In this document: positions 35,471 through 42,492 of the stretch, piece by piece
How the letters are laid out: the number at the start of each line of letters is the position of its first letter
Position numbering within the stretch: position 1 is the stretch's first letter
Source of the DNA: Nemertoderma westbladi
Lineage: Eukaryota; Animalia; Xenacoelomorpha
Direction: 5' to 3'
Assembly (NCBI GenBank): GCA_032718475.1
Contig: JAUCBJ010004121.1
Span: 1 to 42,492, forward strand
Length of the DNA: 42,492 nt
Made by a program: the position numbers and the translations under genes
The notes under the pieces: generated by a model
What the model was told of the DNA's origin: nothing
Database searches by the model: none
The model's input: only the letters and a program-made list of their open reading frames with translations

Positions 35471-38164
35471 TTAAGAATCTTTTAACAAGTTCAAGGCGCT
35501 GCATAATTTTAATGTGTTTGGCAAATCTAATTTAATTTCTTCTCTAACACACTTATAGAAATACTCCGGAGCAGAATTATACATCCTTTTGAGTTCCAGA
35601 AGCATAACTCCATTATAGGCACTCATTGATCCAGTAAGGGAATCCAATTGGTTGCTTCCCACCCAGTTATGTACGTCGTCCTGACTCCATAGTGCAACAT
35701 TATCAACCCTGTTGTTGTCTGGCTCATCATAGGCTAACTGTTTGATATGGGTGTCCGTCGGTAATGCACGCAGACTGACGGACTGTACAGGTGGGGAGTC
35801 TATCTCAGGACCCGGTTTAAGATGACCTCGTATTGCTTTGATCAAACTCTCTAACAACAAGGAGTTATTCAATTCCTTGACACTCGTTATTGGGTAATAT
35901 TTATATGTTCCAACTAGCGCACCGAGCCATCCAGATGCCTGATAATTATCCTCAACTAATATCGGAAGTATCGGTTTTCTCAACTTATAGGCGTATTTCG
36001 CCTCGGTGCGACAAAATAAACTCTCCTTATATTTATGAGAAATAGCTATTAAAACAGCTTGAGATGTTTCTACAGCAACAGCCATGGAATCTAGAATGTC
36101 CGCTTCCATTTTATCAACGTCCATCCAGACGTTTATTCCAGCCGCCTCAAGTTTCCGTTTGATCCCCAACATAATAAGTTGACAATCCCATTGATACGAA
36201 ATCATAACATCTGGTTCACCGTGACTGTCATCCTTTGAAGGTAATTCAACTTTACGTTTCTGTTTGGGTTTCGCTTTTTTAGTTTTCAGTTTTTCGTTTA
36301 GTTTAGTAGTAATGTCGGATTTTCGAGATACTTGTTTTCTTTCCATCGGTAGTTGATCCATCGAAACTGTCAGTTCATTCTCGTCGAATGTTTCCTGTCG
36401 AGAAAGTGATGGCGCTGGAGGTATTGATGGATATGGTTGGGGTGCTTCTTCTACACATCCTGGTGGCGGTGGTCCTCCAAAGCCAGCCGATTGCATTGGC
36501 GGTGATGGAGGTAATTGCTGAAAATATCCTGGTATTGGTGGTGGCGTTGGAGGTTTTACCTTAATGTCTGACGAAGTTTTTTTCATCGAAACACTGATTC
36601 CATCATCATTTTTGCTCTCTAGTAATGATAATCGGTTATCCTCTTCTGGCATCTTTTCAATTCTGGTATCATCGTCAGATTTACTCACATCCTCAACAGT
36701 ACTTTCTCTAGCTTTCAACGCTGTCTCTATTTCACCAGCATAGTCTTCTTGGATTGAAATAGCGTCTTTACTGAATAGCTCCCAGAGAGTGCCATCGATT
36801 CCAAGATGAGTGGCTTTGTCATCGGATTCCATGCGAAGTATAAACAATGAGGTCAACAGGTCGGGTTCCTCGATTATTTTAGTGCAGTTTGATTCGGCAA
36901 AGGAAAGGGCCCACAGTCCCTGGACAGCAACTCGTTGTTCCTCCACGTTGCAGTCGGACTGTAGCATCTGTACGTAGCACTCCAGTCCATCGTGTTCCAC
37001 AATAGTCCGTTTATTGTCATCGTTTGCGGATATTCGAAGGAGTCCTTCCATGAGTTCGTGAGCCGAGAATCCATAAGTCTGCGCGACATGGTCTCGTCTC
37101 TTCAGCGCGCTTCTCATTAGGTTCAGTAAGAATATTATATTAGTGGAGGTTGCTGTCATTAGGTTGTACTCCTCTTCGTCCAATATATAACATAGTGTTA
37201 GTAGCGCCTTCGTTTTGACAATAAGGAAACGAGACTCTGTGAATTTTAAAAGAATTTCAACTGCGTTTAACTCTCTAAAAAGTTTGTCAACATCATTACA
37301 GTTGCGTATGAGATTATGTAAGCACCCCATCAATCCCTTGACTAAGTAGCGCTTATCGCCATCTTTTAAGAAGTCAACCTGCAATCGTGGATGAGATAAT
37401 TCCCTAAATAAAATCTTCACTAATTCTCCTTCCTCATAGGCGCCTACAGCGATGCAAAGAGCCACAGTTCGATCGGTAAAGTTCCATAATATTTGGATGA
37501 CCTTTTTTATAACTTTGTGATTTATTTCGTCTCTACATTCTTCGAAATTATTATACATAAAAGATGTGTCGATGAGGTTAAATATCTGTATACAGATCGG
37601 GACAAACCCTTCATCGGCGAGAAACCCCCCGATCTCAATGACATCTCGAAATGCTTGATCATGGTAATTCACATCCCGTTCATTCATTGACCCCTTAAAG
37701 TCTTTAGGGAATAACTTTCTAGCTTTTTTATATGAATTGTATAAATTGTTGAGTATTTGAATAAAAACACTATCCGTAACATCAATTTGCATTGAGTTAA
37801 GTTGTTTGAAGTCATCTTTAATATCAGCTTTGAGTTCTTCGATTGTCCATATATGGTCAGGTTTAATTCTCGGCCCAACTCTGTTAAGGTTACTAGTGGA
37901 TGTCGCGGTGTCTTTAATGTCATTCTTCAGGTTATCACCAACAAAGTCTTCATAAACTTTTTCCTTCTCATCTGGGGGAAATTTCCCGGGCGGTAAAGGA
38001 GGTGGTTCAGGGATGCGATTGGCTAATGTACTAGAGTTATTATCACCACTATAGCTATTCTGAATAGTTGTGTTGCTTTCACGTATTGGGCTGGCTTTTA
38101 GTAGTTTGTCTTGGGTTTGGGAATCAAAGGTCACGATATTTTTACGACTGGCAACGCAACCCAT
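35471..38164 (-). CDS. ARM-repeat / proline-rich / TIR (TIR_2-type) / SAM-like protein with predicted N-terminal acylation (MGC), single exon
   Basis: Likely start MGCVASRK (ATG 38162-38164). ARM-like helices ILWNFTD, GCLHNL, ANDDNKRTIVEHDGL and ALSFAESN. TIR: DVMISYQW...GINVWMDV...AVETS..VL..IS.KY.ES.FCRTEA.YA...KPILP...GWLG. SAM-like C-terminus WSQDDVHNWV...NG..LLEL. Confidence 0.88.
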   Translation of the reverse strand: MGCVASRKNIVTFDSQTQDKLLKASPIRESNTTIQNSYSGDNNSSTLANRIPEPPPLPPGKFPPDEKEKVYEDFVGDNLKNDIKDTATSTSNLNRVGPRIKPDHIWTIEELKADIKDDFKQLNSMQIDVTDSVFIQILNNLYNSYKKARKLFPKDFKGSMNERDVNYHDQAFRDVIEIGGFLADEGFVPICIQIFNLIDTSFMYNNFEECRDEINHKVIKKVIQILWNFTDRTVALCIAVGAYEEGELVKILFRELSHPRLQVDFLKDGDKRYLVKGLMGCLHNLIRNCNDVDKLFRELNAVEILLKFTESRFLIVKTKALLTLCYILDEEEYNLMTATSTNIIFLLNLMRSALKRRDHVAQTYGFSAHELMEGLLRISANDDNKRTIVEHDGLECYVQMLQSDCNVEEQRVAVQGLWALSFAESNCTKIIEEPDLLTSLFILRMESDDKATHLGIDGTLWELFSKDAISIQEDYAGEIETALKARESTVEDVSKSDDDTRIEKMPEEDNRLSLLESKNDDGISVSMKKTSSDIKVKPPTPPPIPGYFQQLPPSPPMQSAGFGGPPPPGCVEEAPQPYPSIPPAPSLSRQETFDENELTVSMDQLPMERKQVSRKSDITTKLNEKLKTKKAKPKQKRKVELPSKDDSHGEPDVMISYQWDCQLIMLGIKRKLEAAGINVWMDVDKMEADILDSMAVAVETSQAVLIAISHKYKESLFCRTEAKYAYKLRKPILPILVEDNYQASGWLGALVGTYKYYPITSVKELNNSLLLESLIKAIRGHLKPGPEIDSPPVQSVSLRALPTDTHIKQLAYDEPDNNRVDNVALWSQDDVHNWVGSNQLDSLTGSMSAYNGVMLLELKRMYNSAPEYFYKCVREEIKLDLPNTLKLCSALNLLKDS

Positions 38165-40132
38165 GTTCATATGAAGACAAATATTTCGACGCAAACCAAA
38201 ATCATCCCTTTCTTGTGGAAAACCGACTCAAATATCAGTTGAATACTCCCAAATATAAAACGGTAACCGGTTCTATAGACTTTAGTTTATTGTTTTGGTT
38301 AGAATGACGTGCCACTGTAAAATGCTCCTTTCTTTAAATAAGAATTTAACATTGAGGCGGGATATTAATTTGCGTTCAGTTTCCCCCCTGCCTCGCTAAA
38401 TGAGTATTGGAGTTACCTCTGGCCGGCTCTGGGGACTATAATAGTTCTGGGGGGACCGCGCACTATTCAACTAACAACCGTTTGTGGATTCAACTGCCGC
38501 CTCCTGACTATAGCTAACAAGTTACAATAATAAAGGATAAGTAAATTAGAGGGGAATTAGAACTGGTCGCAGGGGCAAAATTAAGTTATGGGTTGGTTGA
38601 TGTCTTTAGACATGGAAGTGAGTAAATGTTTCTAAGAACTACCGTAAGGTGGAAAGCATTCTACTACTTTATATTATGTCAATACTACAGTATGTGTAAC
38701 TGTAGTATCCTCGCCATACTTGGGCTGTAAATAGGCTCGTAAATTGTCATATTGAAAGTCTCACAGTCTGACAGTCACATATAGTACTACAAACAGTTGG
38801 CACATTACATGTACAGTAGTTTCACAAAGTATAATTATAATTATAACTTTTGATATAATTACATGTTGTAACCATACATATATATTTTAACCCTGTAAAA
38901 TCGTTTACTTAAAGACATTATACGCGGGCTTTAAGATAAGAACTTATTATATATCTTAACCATTTCTCTAATGCTTTGTTGTTGCTTAGCAACCATGCAA
39001 TTCATTTCTTTTAAGCAATCGTCGGTACTGATCTACAATATTATGCATTGTTTTTGTGTCAATAACATGAACCATGTTTATTAATGTTCAACATGTTGTA
39101 AGTTATTTGGCGTGGCGGATATTTAAATATTCATCATCACCAGTTTATTAGTAGTCTCTCCTTCTTACACTTTTTATTAGTATTATATTAATTAAAGTTT
39201 TGTATTAATATTTCCACAATCTTACCCCTGTTTATATTGGCTTAGATAGAACCAGGAGATCTGCAATGGCCATTGGCTGTAGATTAATGTCAGCACAGCT
39301 GATTTTTGTTATTTTTTTTGATTGGTCAATGTATGATGTCATTCTATAGATAACTATGGCTTTATAATAGTTACTTTGCTAGCCAATAATGTTCTGCTAA
39401 TACCTATCAAACATTTTAGCTAGAAACCTTATCTTTGGTCAGTCTCTCTGAGCAATAATGCTGCAATGTGATGTGTGATCTTGAACTCTTTGAGATAGGC
39501 CTACAACTGAACTGTTTAGTACAGTAGTAAGCTGATAAGGCTAGGTAGGCTATTAGTATAACATGTGAGATACCTTGTTTTCCTTCATAATAACATAATA
39601 ATATAAATAGGTAGGCAGTAGGCCTACTGTCAGACGACTCCTATATTTTAATATATTTGGCTGCCCCTCTGCCCCTGCCCGGTCTGCCGGTGCGGTGCGG
39701 TGCCGCATTCAGAACCGAGATAGGCTTACCACTCATGCTGTACTGCACTATGTACCGGTAGGCCTATATTCAGATATTCCAGGTTACAAATAGAATGCAA
39801 AAATCGCAACGCGTAACGCGTTATGCGCGGATTTGTAATAGGCCTAGTGCGCTGTAAATGTTGCGTTCCTTTTTCATTTTGCATTATTGAAATGTCTTAT
39901 ATTATAAAGGCTTACATTATACACTGTATTGCTGACCATAGGTCAGTAGGTAGGCTGGTCTGCAATCCCTGGCGAGCGCCTGAGTGCATCATCTCTAGGT
40001 TTTCTACTCATCTACTTTTCAATATTTGGGTTACACAGGCGCGGGACAGAGAGACAGACACAACGTGTTTTGTTATTTACCGGTATGTTATTTATCAGTT
40101 TATGATTTGGAGGTCTATTTATTTTTGGGAAT

Positions 40133-40514
40133 GTCACGATTCGGGTATCTACAAATTCAATACAAAATGCAGTAGTATTTACAGTAGTGGCGGTCTAAAC
40201 CCTAATTAAAACTAATGCCACTAGACCGCCACTATCTGACTATGTAATGTGTAATATGTAATGGCTGTGTAATGGCAATAATGTCTGGAATTCCGCTAAA
40301 TTTCTTAGATTATGAGTTAGGGTTAGGGTTACATGTCAGTCTTAATTATGGAACCCCAACCCTAACCAAAATATTAAACCATATATATACCAATACCATA
40401 ATATACAATCCTCTATAACCTCAAACAATTCATTGTACAAACTCGTAAATTGGTAATAAACATTTAGTATTTGTATTGCTGCTATATTGCATTTGTAGGT
40501 ACCCGAATCGTGAC
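40133..40514. mobile_element. Small MITE-like element (~30-bp TIRs, internal ttagggtta motifs)
   Basis: gtcacgattcgggtatctacaaattcaata versus tattgcatttgtaggtacccgaatcgtgac. Confidence 0.65.
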
Positions 40515-41017
40515 TGTATATACCTTATTTCTGACTTATTATCTCTCCTACCAGACTACCGGTACCGGTAGTTAATAATTGAATGGGAAGGTGAAGAGTA
40601 GATTATGTAAATGTCTTAATCTGTGTGTTTTATAGTTACAGTAGCGAATGGGTGGGGAGGGGGATATAATTACCAGGTCTAATTTTTGATAATTAAAATC
40701 ACTACCCACCTAAACTCAATTACACTTTTTTCGATTATTTAACTTCTTTACTCAATCGTTATATAAACTCAACCGTATCAACCTTATCATCAAATAAACT
40801 CAACCGTCTTATAAACTTATCATCAAATAAACTCAATCGTCTTATAAACTGCTAAATTCTGGCTCATAAAACGAAGGTTAATAACTCAATTGTAACCAAA
40901 TGGAGTCGCGACGGATTGTTTTATTTCTCTGATTCGTTCCTATATAACGTTATGCTTTCCGGTCTGCTTCTTCCATTCCATTCGAAGAAGAAGGCCGCAG
41001 TTCCTCCTCGGAAGAAT

Positions 41018-41224
41018 ATGGCGGATAAAGCTTCTTCGCCGGCCGTGGACCCGGTGCTACTGGGGAGGGTGTCGAATATGGAAGTTAAGGAGTTGGCAGC
41101 GAGGCTGGAAGATAACAACATTCTAGTCGTAGATTGCAGAACTTTTATGGATTACAACACGAAGCACATCTCTAAATCAGTTAATGTCTGCTGCTCCAAG
41201 CTGGTTAAACGAAGACTAGAACAG
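41018..41224 (+). CDS. First coding exon of a MAP kinase phosphatase (DUSP8/DUSP16-like rhodanese/CH2 domain). The gene continues beyond this exon
   Basis: ILVVDCRTFMDYNTKHISKSVNVCCSKLVKRRLEQ is a CH2A motif plus a kinase-interaction KRR motif. It ends at the donor CAG|GTGCGT (41225). Confidence 0.85.
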
Positions 41225-41765
41225 GTGCGTTGTACAGCTAATTAATTTAAACGTGAACCCGACGAGTTAGCCCCCTACGTATATTTATCCTTTGTGATGT
41301 AAAAGGTGAGAAAAGATTAAAAATTGACCCAAATTCTATGAGCGCGAATTACCACTGTGAATCGAGTAGGTTACAGTGTCATATTATTCTAACCAAAACC
41401 ATAAACGTGAGTCAAAAAATGGATAAGTGTTAAAACGAATCGCAGTGGTGTATCGCCACACTGTATAACTGTAAAGTAGATTAATTCCAGTTCAGGCATT
41501 GAAGGCTCCGTTGTTTGTTAACTCTCTACAGTCTCCAGCCCGGAATTACCGAGAAATTATTAATATAGCGCTGCTACAACATTAGCTTTTCCAGATGTTG
41601 ATGACTTTTGCTGTGAAACGAATATGGGTCTGATACGTTGTTTCTGCAGGGAGATACTCGGTTTTTCTCATTTGTCGTACAATAAACTATTAGTATATCG
41701 TAGAATGTTTGTTTTGTTCGGCTTGATACGGCGTCTTTGTTTATCTGGCACCCATTACCCAGTAA

Positions 41766-41861
41766 AGTTATAGACTGGTCTTATTTGTGAGACCCACGAT
41801 AACCGGTTCAGTTATAGACTGGTCTTATTTGTGAGACCCACGATAACCGGTTCAGTTATAG
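41766..41861. repeat. 44-bp direct duplication (2.2 units)
   Basis: agttatagactggtcttatttgtgagacccacgataaccggttc twice. Confidence 0.9.
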
Positions 41862-42363
41862 AACAGTTGCTGTATATATTCGTCCGAGCAAGGTGATTTT
41901 CAAGGTCAGTGCAATCTCTAGATTTCATGACTTCTTATGTTTTAGAGCAGCTATATATCACAACGGAATCGGATTTTAAATTAATGTCCCGATATTAATT
42001 GTAATGATTAAATGTTTGTTTGTCTAATACTTAAGGGTTGGCTGTTGGTTAGCTGCACGGTTTTCCTATCGCTTTCTAGTGGGTGGAGCAGTAGTACTGA
42101 TGACTCATGGTTATTATTGATCTGGGCTGATGGAGTTTATGGCGTGTAGATAGGCTGGCTGTAGCCGTGATGGGGTTTTCATTAACTTGACAATGGAACT
42201 TACATCTGGATGTTTCTCGCTGCTAGTGTCTGCTTGAAAGAATCAATTACTCCGAGTTGTTTAAAACTTTAATCTAATTTCCTTTCCTTGGAATATTCTT
42301 ATTTTGTTTTCATTTTCTGGTGTTTCCATATGAACTCTAATATGATACCATTGCCGGCGGCAC

Positions 42364-42492
42364 TCTGTCACCAGATTTTATTGTATTCGTTCTGTAACCA
42401 GATTTTATTGCATTCGTTCTGTAACCAGATTTTATTGCATTCGTTCTGTCACCAGATTTTATTGCATTCGTTCTGTAACCAGATTTTATTGC
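42364..42492. repeat. 27-bp tandem repeat running off the window end
   Basis: Unit tctgtaaccagattttattgcattcgt. Confidence 0.92.

Noticed and set aside
38165-38194. ORF-track N-terminal extension of the TIR protein (also 40916-41017 for the DUSP exon)
   Set aside because: Both begin at non-ATG (TTG) codons under a prokaryote-style caller. The downstream ATGs (MGC..., MAD...) are more plausible starts.
40195-40370. Telomere from ttagggttagggtta / aaccctaa motifs
   Set aside because: Only 1-2 units, internal to a MITE-like element.

Overview
This is eukaryotic, almost certainly invertebrate metazoan, genomic DNA: AT-rich, repeat-dense, with GT-AG introns and no operons or CRISPR. There are four likely host genes: an intronless nischarin/IRAS-like PX-LRR gene (-), a very divergent spliced ArfGAP-PH-PH (ADAP/centaurin-alpha-like) gene that lacks the catalytic arginine finger (+, not recognisable from any single ORF), an intronless N-acylated ARM-TIR-SAM immune-type gene (-), and the first coding exon of a DUSP8/16-like MAP kinase phosphatase (+). 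Most of the rest is mobile DNA and satellites. This includes a frameshifted APE-RT LINE, a 7.5-kb Sola2-like DNA transposon relic that carries a tRNA-SINE and two satellite arrays, a 28-bp minisatellite built from that transposon's end plus host flank, an RTE LINE nested in opposite orientation inside an older copy of its own family, a PHD + vertnin/OTU-like pseudogene cut by a CRE-like RT fragment, several MITEs, and many tandem arrays (81, 23, 52, 28, 37, 33, 29, 44 and 27 bp units). All family assignments come from motif recognition by eye. No database searches were run.
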